A stretch of 64,000 nucleotides of DNA, from contig CAJFCJ010000006.1 in assembly GCA_904063045.1 (NCBI GenBank), forward strand, positions 2,408,946-2,472,945, given 5' to 3'. The stretch's first letter is position 1. Each line of letters begins with the position of its first letter. This DNA is from Dimorphilus gyrociliatus (lineage: Eukaryota; Animalia; Annelida). Made by a program: the position numbers and the translations under genes. Positions 52,796 through 64,000 of the stretch are shown piece after piece. The notes under the pieces are model-generated. The model was given only the letters and a program-made list of their open reading frames with translations. It did no database searches and was not told the origin of the DNA.

Positions 52796-54787
52796 ATGTC
52801 GGTAGATATATTGGACTCATTAGAAGATTTAGGGTAAGCTGAGCGAAAATTGCTTTAAATGTTGGCTCTATGATGCAATTTGGCCTAAACCCATGTTTTA
52901 AAATAGATACAACGGTCCACTCTTGGAAGAACAAATTTTACTGGAATCCGTTAAAAATGGTGCAAAAAGTCAGCAATTCACTGGTTTGATTGAATTTTTG
53001 ACAAAAGAAATATCGCAACTTGCCGGTATTGACGAGTATGTACGAGGCATAGATAGCGAGACGGATTGCGATAATTTTCTATTGGAATTGAGTGGCTTTT
53101 TGAGAGAATTTGGTAAATTTCTGTTGTACTTTAAAATATTGGAAAAATGATTCGAATTTTGATTTTATAGGTTGTCCTTACTCTAGTTTAATTGAAGGAG
53201 ATCTCAGCGAAAGATTGAATAATGAAAAAGATTGTTTGGCCCTATTAGGTTGGTTTTTTCATATAGTAGCATCAATCTTGAACTATGTGTTCAAGTCTTG
53301 TCGACTAAAATTTTTGTAATCAAAATGATGATAATGAACGGCCATTCTTAAGTTTTATGCTGAACGTTCACCCAACTGAACCTTTGCAATACAATATTCT
53401 AATCATAAATCATTTGATAATCTTGACTTATGCATACTTTTTTTTTGCCTTAGATTATCTCTGTACCGAACTTCAAGCACTCAAAATGACGGCCGTTGAT
53501 AATCCGAATCTCCTAACAGCAGCTTTGAACAAGCAATCATCTGTTAGTAAGATATATATGTTATACATTCCACTTTTATTATACTTATAACTTGTAATTA
53601 ACTGCATATGAAAAATTAAAAAACTCACCAATTTCCCTTTTCAACCTGTTCACGGGAAATATCCGAAACAGATTGAAAGAAATAATTTACAACTGTAAAT
53701 ATTATTATTTCTATTATATTTTTCACGCTATATTTATCTTTTCACAGATGTGTTTAATGAAAGTAATTTTTTTTAAATATAGAATGAAAATGAACTAGCT
53801 GGAATTTTAAAAAAAATGCTGATAAATCTACAATTTAACAAACCGCCCCCGAATGTAACAATTTCTCAAATATTTATGAAGATTGAGTCGAAAATTAAAG
53901 AACTGACTGAAAAATATGGATCTAAAAATTTTACAAAGGGCGTTTTAAAAAGTCGTTTGTCGTCTAAACAACTCGAAACTGCTGCATTAATCAATTCCGC
54001 ATTGAAGCAGGATTATAGTACAAGACGAGAAATGCTAATTAAGAGATTCGACGTAACTGTACAATCTTTCCGATGGTCTGAAAGAGCTAAAGTTAGTCAA
54101 ACACATAACTATTTAGAAACACTAAATCATTTTTTTACAAATTTTTTATGATAATTATTCATTAGGCAAAAGAAAATGAAATTCAACAAGTGTATCAACC
54201 AGTCCGAGCTAAATTAAGGGCTCAATCATCAATAGATATTGAACATATTTTAGCTGCGAGGGAAGATCTTCTAACAGTTGGTAAAACGAGTAGTGGTATT
54301 GATCGAGAAAAGACGAAAACTTCTCTCAATAGAGTACTTATAGGAAATGTACCTGATCGGGGTGGAAGAGCGCATGAACATGATATTCCTCCACCAGAGA
54401 TGCCAGCTTTTCAAAAACGACAAGCTGCTCCCCAACCTCAACGGCAATACAGCGGGAGAGGTGGTGGTGAACGCGGCCGAGGGAGAGGTAAGAAATTCTA
54501 TAAATAGCTCTAATATCAGAATGATCAATTTTAAAAACTTTTTGATAGGCCAAGGAAACAACTATAATCAATACGGTGCCTCTTATTCTCAACAAGGCTA
54601 TCAAGGAACAGGTACTGATGGATTCTTTGGAGGACAGCAACAAAGTTTTCAAGGCCAATTTCAACCACAGTATGGAAGTCAACAGAGTATGGAATTTGAT
54701 GGGAGAAAGAACTACGGAGGAGAAGCTGGAGGACGAGGGGGAAGAGGTCGAGGAAGAGGTGGTCGAGGACGAGGTGGTCGATGGTAG
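52796..54787 (+). CDS. FAM98: FAM98 family protein with C-terminal RGG region
   Basis: MSVDILDSLEDLG-YNGPLL, FLLELSGFLREFGCPY, RREMLIKRFDVTVQSFRWSERAK, VLIGNVPDRGGR and an RGG-rich tail. Confidence 0.92.
53325..53379 (+). ncRNA. Intronic box C/D snoRNA candidate, guide for the 18S G equivalent to human Gm1328 / yeast Gm1271
   Basis: In a ~205-nt FAM98 intron. C ATGATGA 53325-31, guide GAACGGCCAT 53336-45 complementary to conserved 18S AUGGCCGUUC, D'-like CTTA 53347-50, C'-like ATGCTGA 53357-63, D CTGA 53376-79. The +5 rule lands on the second G of AUGGCC. Confidence 0.72.
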
Positions 54788-55275
54788 AAGGACTAATTAT
54801 TTATGCTCAATTCGCAATTCATGTTTTGAATATGCATATTTTCTTGGTGATATGTGATACAAACCAAATACAATTTAGGCAATTTTCAATTAGCAGTTCT
54901 TTATTCTGCTATAACTTAATAAAAAAACAGGAAGCGTTCCTATTTGCGTAGGCGAACTATAATTATAATGAAGCAGCATGAAACATCTTGTTTTTACAAA
55001 TTTTCTATATTTGAAAAAAGCGTCATTCGATATGGTGCATCAATACTCCGCCTAATCAGCCAAAGGATGTTGAAGAGAAGCGCAATTGTTTCCTACAGAA
55101 AGAACTTCAAAAACTACATCCATCAAATTAATATTTCGAACCATCCAAGCAGTGTTTACCTCAAAATTTAGAACAAAATCTTAAACAACTTTATAGTTAC
55201 AAAGAGACTTCTCCGATAGGGGCTTCTCTGCATCTTCGCATTAGTCTTTAATATTTCGCTTCCCGACTGAGTGAA

Positions 55276-57799
55276 ATGGAAAAGATAATTTTCCTCTTTT
55301 GCTTATTTCAAGTAATTTTCGGTTCTGGTATTGGCTTTTATTCTTTAAAGAATTCAAAGTTTGAGCACAAAAAGGGAGATTTAAATATTGGCTTTCTCTT
55401 ACCATTACATAGACGAGAGACAACATCTACAAAATATTGCAGTAACAATTTTCGCATTGTTAGTTACTATGATGCTGTTGCCGCAAAAATGGCCATTAGA
55501 CAAGTGAATGAGGATACGAACCTTCTTTCTGGTATTAAACTTGGTTATAGCATTTTAGATGATTGCGATAACTTTCTGAGTGTTATTGGTGAATCTCTAT
55601 TGTTTCTTCCTGAGCAGAGATTTGAAGTAAATGCTGTTGTTGGCCCCTACTCAAGTACCCAGGCTAGAGTGGTAATGTGTAATTTATATTTTTTATCATT
55701 CGATAATGTTTCATTGTGAAATATCATTCAAGGTTGCACCGTTATTTGGATTATATGAAATACCTCAAATATCAACTTCAGCGTCTAGTGACGATTTATC
55801 GGACAAATCAAGATATCCTTACTTTTCCAGAGTGGTAAGTCCTGATAAGTTCCAGGCTGTTGCTCTTGTTTCCTTCATGTATGAAAATGGCTGGAACGTT
55901 TTTACCATTGTCTACTCTGAAGGCCCCTATGGTGAAAACGCAGCGAGGTGGATAAAAAATGTTGCGGCACAGAGAAACATATGCGTTTCATCGTATATAA
56001 AGGTTCCTGGCCAGAGTACGAAGAATGACTGGAATCGTATATGTAAGAAGCTTAAGAGGGATACAAGGACAGATATCGTCGTTTTGGCACTTGGTAATAG
56101 TAATTCAAACTTTTTTTTTCGTAAAATAAGTGGAGATGATGTACTACTGTCGAAATTATACTTGGGAACAGATTCCCTATCATTTTTGGAAGAAAAGAGT
56201 AGATCTGTTGTTAAATATAATACTTTCTTTACGAATTTTCCATTCATAGAAGTACCCGGTTTAAGAGAAGAAGTGTATGGCGAGATTCCAAAAAATTCTA
56301 CTGAAAATCCATGGCTTTACGAATATTGGTCAAAAATTTTTGATTGTAGTTGGAGTAAAACAAAACTTCATACGAAAATTTGTCAAACTCATTCAAAAAT
56401 TTCCTCATTAAAAGAAAAACAACTTAAATTCTCTGAAGCTTGGTCGTCAGGTATTTATGATTCTGTATTGATATTCTCTCGAGTTATGGACGCGATTATC
56501 AAAGAAGATTGTCCTAATGCTACTAAACACGAATTGAACAGTTGCGTTACTGGACAGAAAATACTTGAGAAAACACGTAAGGGAACTTTTCCGTCATTAA
56601 CAGGAAATGTCTTGTTTGATAGTGTTGGTGACGTAATTGGAGATTACGATATTGTTCAATTTACAGTGGCGGGCGATAGGAGAACTGTTGGTAAATGGTT
56701 TAGATCAAATAACACAATCACTTGGAAAAAATCTCCTATCGCCTGGTTTAGGAACAAAAAACCAAAAGGAATTTGCAGTTTCCCCTGCCCTCCAAAACAT
56801 TATCGTATAACTTTCCAAACGACTTGCTGTTGGGAGTGTAGAAGATGTCGAGAAAATGAAATTATTATTGATAATTCTTCATGTGCATGCTGTCCAGAAT
56901 TTACTTGGCCAGATGCTGAAACTGCAACAATGTGCCTGAATATAGAACCTTGGTCCTCAAAATTATCTGATACCCATAGTATATGCCTGGAATTATTCGC
57001 AGTCTTTGGCTTGGCCGCCGAATTGTTTATAGTCATCGTTTATATTCTAAATCGAAAAGTACAGCTCATTAAAGCTTCTTCATTGATTTTGTCTCTCTTT
57101 AGCCTATTGGGGGTTGCAATAATACTATTAACAGTGTTCTTCATTTTAGCACAGCCAACAAAGCAAATTTGCTATGTACAGAGAATTCTATTTAATCTAT
57201 CCTACACTATATTATACGCACCTCTTCTTTGCAAAGTAGCTAGACTATTGAGAATATTCAGAGCTGGGACAGAAGGAAGAACTAATCTAAAGTTTGTTAA
57301 AGATAAATACCAAATAGTATTCACAGGAGTTTTAATTTTAATTCAAGTAGGCCTCACAAACATAACATTTATTATTAGTCCAGTACTGATAGTGCTGAAA
57401 CAACCGTTTATCCACGAAAATTACGTTGAAACAACTTGTCAATATAGTATGTCGGCTCTAATTATTACCTTAACGTACAACATATTTTTATGTATAATAT
57501 GCTGCATTCTGGGCTTCTTCTCGAGAAGATTTCCAGAGAATTTTAACGAAGCCTCTCATATTTTCTGTCTTGTTAGTGCGACTCTTTTTGTATGGATTGT
57601 TTTATTGTCAGCCTACTTTTCTTCACTTAAAGTTCAACACCAAATCCTACTGTTAGCCTCTTGTTGTCTATTAAACGGTTATATGACCCTTATTCTTTTA
57701 TTCCTACCAAGAATCTACGCACTAAAATACGTACCACAGAGTAATCTCAAGTTTATCTTCTCGAAAACCGAAACAAGCGTCAACCCTATAACACAATAA
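55276..57799 (+). CDS. Class C GPCR (mGluR/CaSR-like): Venus flytrap, cysteine-rich domain, 7TM; single intron 55672-55732
   Basis: Signal peptide, GDLNIGFLLPLH, LGYSILDDC, PQISTSASS..LSDKSRYPYFSRVV, CRD CSFPC...CCWECRRC...CPEFTWP, and FPENFNEA in the 7TM. Confidence 0.92.
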
Positions 57800-58180
57800 A
57801 CTATGTACTACAATAGTTTTGATTGTATCGTTGTAATTATTTAATACATTTATTTTGATTGTTCGAATATCGAGAGTAAAGTTTTCTTTTAAAAAAAAAA
57901 ATGATAAAAAAGCAGTTCATGAATTCATAATTAGCAGAGAGAGAGAGAGAGAGAAAATTTGCCAGAAAAGTTTGTTTTGAATCATTTTATAAATAAAAAA
58001 AAAATAGGATAGAGCAGTAGAGAGGGAGGCAGAGATGAATAAAGGCAAAGAGACAAAAAAACGAAAAAGTGCAAAGCCAGGGAAGATGCTGTTCTTTGAA
58101 GTTTTCTTCCATTTACTTGTAAACGAAACGGAGATAGTATTGAACATTTTGAAAAATCGTTTTTTATTATTATTTTTTCT

Positions 58181-61025
58181 TCAATAGTTTTGTTGGATTT
58201 TTTGGTTCCACTCAGCTTCTAATCTATGTTTTCTTCTTGCTCTCTCGGCGGAACCGCTCTCATTCTGATTTTGAGAGGATGCCACTGAAGAACTACTCGA
58301 GCGACGAAAATTCGCTTCGTCTCTGTATACCTCGGCTGTTTCTATATGTTCTTCTATGTCGTCGTCATCATCGTCGTCGTTGTATATATCCTGTACATTA
58401 TTCTTATGATAGAGACCGAGAGCAGTTCTTTGCTTTCTCAATTCTTCTTCTCTCTCATGCATTTCTCTCAACTCTCTTTCAATTAGGTCATTACTCCTTG
58501 GTGAGGGCTTTAGAATGTTTTCGCTGCTTAATCTTCGCGTTGTGCTTGTAGGAGTGTTTTCAAAATTCATTGAAGAGCTTGACGTTATCTGTCTTGCTGT
58601 ACTATCTATTGAACCTCTTGGTGAATTGTTCATATTTTGTGGAGATTTATAAGAATTTGGTCTGTTTGAATCTGATAATTTACGTGTTTGATTTTCGTGC
58701 TTTAAAATTGACTTTCCTGCAGATCCAAATGATTTTCTATCGCTATTTGGCTGTGTTGGTGTAACTTCTGTATATTTTCGAACGTCAGATTCTGAATCTT
58801 TTGATGTAGTTATTATTCTGCCTTGATGTTTCAAGTTTTCCTCTCTTTCCTGCTCCAATTGAATTTCATTCTGAATCCTTGAGTGCACCCATGTTTTATA
58901 GTTCTGATTAGAATTCGTTTTTGCAATATTAGGCGGCGTTCCAGTAGAGAATCTTTGATGAGGAGAGTTTGACCCCTGTTCTTTTGCTACTTTTGGAGAT
59001 ATACCTTTCTCTCTCCTAAAGCTCTCTTCTCGCTCCCTTGCCAGTCTAATTTCTGTCTCAATTGGAGTTTCGTTTGTGTTCACTTCAAATCGACTGAGGT
59101 CAGTTTCGTCTTCTTCTAACAAAGGAGCTACTTTTACTTTTGCAGGTGGGTAAGATGATTCGGAAAAATGATGAGGAGATTGAGTCTTCTCTGTATGTTG
59201 AGAAGATGGCGATTCATTTATGGATGGACTCTGGATTTTCTGCATATTGGGAAGTATAGGCGTTGTTTCAATTCCATCAACTTTTGTTTGTAACCCCATT
59301 TTCTTTCGAATAATTCGAAGTTCCTCTTCTTTTTCCTCCTGCTCCCTCAATTCTCTCGCAAGTCTGTTTTCAGTTGATTGATTGCATGGACTTTCGTGGA
59401 TTACTATTGGAGCAGGAGAGCTTCGTTTAAGAGAAGAAGTAGATGATGGAGTAGACAATCGTTGATTTACGTTTGTTTTTGGCGTAGAATTAGGTGTAGG
59501 TGTAGATGAAGGTGAAGTAAAATGAGTAGGCGTTTTAGCAACGACACTTTTAATAGGGGTAGGCGTATTTGGATTAGTGGTAGATGGTCGTGGTGACTGT
59601 ATTTGACTTGTGGACGAGCGTTGTTGTCTAAGCTCTTCTTCCCTTTCTTTAGCTAATCTTATCTCTTTTTCTATTAAAGTCTCTTCCTTAGCCTATAATA
59701 ATAATAAAAATAAAAGCATAAATTATAAAGCTAGCTAAAGGCTTTAATTTTTTTTTTAGATAAAAACCATCAACTATAAAAAAGGGATATAGGTTGGTCA
59801 CGTTCCGAATAATAAATATTCAAAGTACGTGATATCCCTTACATTATCCGATTATCCTGGCTATTAGCTACAATTTTCGTTATTGGTCGCTAATCTTCAT
59901 AGTTTGATTTCAGTTACATACTAAAGAATTCCTCTTAAATATACAGTCAAATATATTTAATTTACTTTAAAACTCTACTTACTGAATGAAAATTGGTTTC
60001 ATAATTTCCATTAAATTCTTCATCTTCATCTTCGTCATGTTCATCTTCTTCATTCAATTCGTCATTAATTTCATCTTTATGAACGTGGGTATGTCTATCA
60101 ACTTCAGTCATTTCTTGGAAATCTTGAGAATTTACAATAATTCCTCTCTCCTTTTTTAATTGTAATTCTCTTTCCTCATCTAAAAGTATTTCCTTTTCTA
60201 TTACACTATCATATCGTTTGTCTTCCATCTTTAAAGTATTCTTATTGTTTTCTGATTGAATAGTAAACTTTTGCAGTTGTTTTTTCGCCACATTCAAATT
60301 GGCTATTGAAACACGTTCGTCATTGTTTACAAATCTTCGACCAGGTGTCGTTGTCGTTGTTGTTGTTGTTGATATTGTACTAGCATAAGTTGTCTTTGTT
60401 GGTTGTATTGTTTTAATAGATGACGAATTTGAATACGTTTTTGATGATGTTGCAGACAATGGTACGGTTGAAGAAATAGAAGAATTGCGATGTTTTACAT
60501 CATTTTCACCTAGTTTAATAGAATTAATACAATTACAAATTATCAAAATTAAATAGGGTTAGGTATAAAACAAAGTACAGGGAAAGGATTTTTATTTGTT
60601 AACAAAACTAGGCCAAAGTAATCCACTTAAAAAAACATCTATCGTTGATAATATTTCATCACAATAAAATTGGTTAGAAGTCATTGTAAGAACGATATAA
60701 AAAAAGAAGTTAAATAATAATTTATAGGCGAAAAATCACTTGATTTATATATAATTGTTAAAGCATTAATATATGTCCTCCCCCCCCCCTCTCTCTCTCT
60801 TAACATGTCTTTTCACTATAGCCTACAATAAACAAAAGAAAAGGATTTTCTCTTTGAATATATATCATATTAACGTCTGTTAATGTTATGTATTTATAGA
60901 TATATCAAACTTTATATATATCCTGAAGTTTTTATATTCTTTTCATAACTTATAAAACCTATTATATCGAAATACTATTACTATGAATTAACCTAATTTA
61001 AGGAATTTTTTATCCTCTACTATTT

Positions 61026-61068
<43 letters not shown>

Positions 61069-62275
61069 AAATAAATATTAATAACATACTATATAAATAG
61101 GACTAATTATTAAATCGTGTAGTAACGATAACGTTAGCTAATGTTTTGTCAAGTTATGATGGTATCCGACGTATTAATAATAGTGGTGGTCGTGGTGATT
61201 ATGTTAAATAAATATATATGTTTATATTTTTTTTTTTAAAGAAAAAAGAGTAGGACCAATGCTAAGAATTAATCTTTTGATAAATAAAAGTATTTTTTTT
61301 GCGGATATTATAGAAAAAAAATTGATATTGATATATTAATAACAATAGAATAAAGAAAAAGAAGGAATATCTAGATACTTTATTAAAGTATTAAGAAATT
61401 GTGAACAAACATTTAATAATTCTAGTTAATTAACATATTAGTAATATATAGAAAGAGAATAAAATTATACGCTAAATAAACTACGTATTATTCATATTAT
61501 TATATATATATATATATATACTGTATATAGACAGTATATAGTTAAGACACCTCTTTCTCTTTCTCTCTTTATTTCCCTTTTACAATAAAAACCATGAAAT
61601 TTAATACTTTATAAACGTATCGTTTCATCCAATAAATTGTTACTAATATTATAGAAATATACTTAAATATATATATATCTAATAAAAGCGCGGTAAAGTA
61701 TTTACTAGCTATATATCTAATTTATTTACATAATTGATAAGGAGATAAAGAGGTATTTGGGAGAGAAAATCTAGTATATTCATGTTCAATATGTACTTAT
61801 TAATTAAATTTGTTAAGGATATTAAGGTAAAAATGAAAGGGGTCAATGTAATTTAGTAGACCTATAAGGGTATCAATAGCCTCTTGAATTCGTTTTCTAT
61901 TTGCAAAAATCGTTAACAATCATTCACAAATTCAACTCAGGATTTACACGGTGGCTAGTCATTATATTCTGGATTTTTACCATTAATCTTAATCTATACC
62001 TATTATTAATAATAACAGAACACACCTGGATTTTCTATAAAGTCAGCATGCTCATCATCATAGTCACCCTTGGAATATTCATCTAAAATTTTCATAGCTA
62101 AATTCGTGTAAAGCACATCTTCATAATCCTCACCCTGATTTAATCCATTATCTTCCTCGTATTCATCAGCAAATCTGACCCTCTTTTTCGTTTCGATAAC
62201 ATTATTAACTTCGTAATCAACACCAAAATCTCCTTCTCTCGGCTCTTCGTCATCTGTATCAACTGGATAATCCAT
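58181..62275 (-). CDS. MISP/AKAP2-like protein with repeated IExEIRxxxEREEEL motifs; exons ~62275-62023, ~60511-59981, ~59692-58181
   Basis: About six copies of the helical motif (e.g. TPIETEIRLAREREESFRREKG), recalled from the MISP/AKAP2 C-terminal family. Ser/Pro/Thr-rich linkers, a terminal EAEW and an N-terminal KKRVRF. Upstream exons cannot be excluded. Confidence 0.62.
61030..61065. repeat. (TA)n microsatellite
   Basis: About 17 TA units in an intron. Confidence 0.95.
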
Positions 62276-63236
62276 TATATTTCTTTTAGTTTATCACTTT
62301 CCACTGTGTTATTATTTTTTTTCCAATATTTTCTTGATTCTTTTATTGATATTCTATAAATATTTTTTCTAATGTTTTCAGTTGCTTTTTCAGTTACAAT
62401 TTTAAACTGTTTAAAAAATAAAAAAAAAGAATTTATCAACCACCTCTGCTCTCCTGTCTTTCTCCTTTCATATATAAATTTTAGTTGACAGGTGAAGTGT
62501 ACCACAAAGAAATACCAGTATTGAAATTCCCTCAACACAGACGCCTTTATTTATTACTGAGTCACACAAACTATCTAAGATCGGCTCTCCATTCAAGCCA
62601 CGCCCCCATTATGATATCAGTATCTTATTAAAAAATGACGTACCCTCTTTAAATGAGAAATAACAACTGGTAGAGTAGAAATATGTAAAGATAAATTATT
62701 TTCTACTTACCTGGCTAAAAACGAAATGTATAAATAAAAACTATACGGACTCTATGCCTGATTAGTATTATAGAACCCACAGGGGAATTTCAATGCTAGT
62801 TTAAGCCTATAACAACGAAAAATTGACGAAAGATACAGCTTTTTACCCAAAAATTGTATATCAATGCATATATACTGCACATGGAAAAAATTCTATTCTA
62901 TGCGAAGGTTAATGTATGTACAATAGAAAAACAAATAGTACAACCTTTAGAAGCTACCGAATGTAAAACGTTCAAAAAGTTAGAGATAAGACTATGTGCT
63001 TTAGTCTCTAGGCCTAAAAAGCCTTGAACACACCTCTCGCAAAAAGAATAGATTTCGTGTTGGAATGTGAAAAAGATGCAGCTAAGAACAACCCTATTTC
63101 TTTACAATCCTTTGACTGGTTGTTGAAAAGTTAATAAAAAATCATAAAAAAAACCCGTCCCGTGTCTTAACATTAGCATTAAAAGAATTTCCTGCAATTT
63201 CATATAGGCTTACAATATCGTAAAATATCCCGTAAA

Positions 63237-63277
<41 letters not shown>
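63237..63277. repeat. (AG)n microsatellite
   Basis: Near-perfect AG run with one interruption. Confidence 0.9.
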
Positions 63278-63823
63278 AGTATTCAAAAACTCAAGATAAG
63301 ACATTAAAAATAGCAAATATTCGCAAAAATGCGTAATATTTAAAAACTATTTATATATAGTTACCTTGTTAGAAAAGAATTTATTATCAGTATAATTTAA
63401 AAGAAAAAAAACAATGAAAAAACTGTTTTCTCATCTTTAATTGTTTAAAAAAATTTCACAAATATATTTCATTCAAGTGAATTGAATAGAAGAATATTTT
63501 TCCTTTTGTTTTTTTTTTGTTATAGCGTCTTTTCTCTATCTTTATAGTTTCTCTTTCCATATTTCTGGTTGACTTTCTTTCTCTCTTAGATGCAATATAA
63601 AACATATTATATATACAGTATATCTGCGACATATGATAATCTGAATAATTCTATTGTTTAAAACTATAAAAGATATTTGCATAAACACATATAAGAATAT
63701 GTGTATAAATATCTACATACAGATTTTAATTGCGCAAATAGTCGTTATTTTTTTTTTGCAATGACGAAAGAACGAACAAAACAAAGAAAACAAAAACAAA
63801 ACAAAATGTTTTCATTAACTGTT

Positions 63824-64000
63824 TTAAACTGTTAGGGCGAGGTCGACAACCCCACTCTCTAATACTGGTACAAAGTACTCTCCATCCCTTACGGATAATA
63901 ATAGAATAGTCTTATCTATATGAGATCTTCTTTTGAGTTCCCTGTGGCATGGTATCCATCTGTGTACGACTAAACCTTCTGTTCCCCTTTCTGGTACCCA
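63824..64000 (-). CDS. PCNX: C-terminal end of a pecanex-family protein (gene continues beyond the window)
   Basis: Open minus frame WVPERGTEGLVVHRWIPCHRELKRRSHIDKTILLLSVRDGEYFVPVLESGVVDLALTV-TAA resembles the recalled PCNX1 C-terminus (EGMEGHVIHRWVPC...RSHIDKAVLL...ETGVLEL). Below the ORF-track threshold. Confidence 0.72.
   Translation of the reverse strand, partial: WVPERGTEGLVVHRWIPCHRELKRRSHIDKTILLLSVRDGEYFVPVLESGVVDLALTV

Noticed and set aside
5073-58764. Numerous short ORF-track entries antisense to real exons (e.g. 5073, 5466, 11106, 15319, 19268, 21032, 23354, 54271, 55927, 58237)
   Set aside because: They are shadows of codon bias on the opposite strand of well-supported genes.
62275-62538. 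87-aa minus ORF abutting the MISP-like start
   Set aside because: Low-complexity AT-rich sequence ending in a stop, in a different frame and with no homology cues.

Overview
AT-rich, gene-dense eukaryotic DNA from an invertebrate animal. Most introns are short (about 50-100 nt) and GT-AG, and several gene pairs are head-to-head. The style resembles a compact lophotrochozoan/annelid genome, which is an inference only. About 19 protein-coding genes can be assembled by hand from splice signals and reading frames. In order: an Ig-domain membrane protein, MsrB, RPS19, a PFTAIRE kinase (CDK14-like), KIF9, a four-domain TXNDC5, RPLP1, a myosin regulatory light chain, NUP42, an MFS transporter, a degenerate ABCA transporter, DCDC1, a divergent profilin, a minimal ETS factor, two tandem LIV-1 ZIP zinc transporters, FAM98, an mGluR-like class C GPCR, a MISP/AKAP2-like repeat protein and the 3' end of pecanex. 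The ETS gene and the pecanex end are absent from the ORF track, and the profilin appears there only as a mis-started fragment. The strongest non-coding signals are two intronic box C/D snoRNA candidates (in RPLP1 and FAM98) with rRNA-complementary guides, and a TATA/Inr promoter of the ZIP10-like gene with two metal-response elements just downstream of the inferred start site. No transposon, CRISPR, rRNA or tRNA genes were recognised. All family and rRNA assignments rest on recalled sequence motifs, not on database searches.
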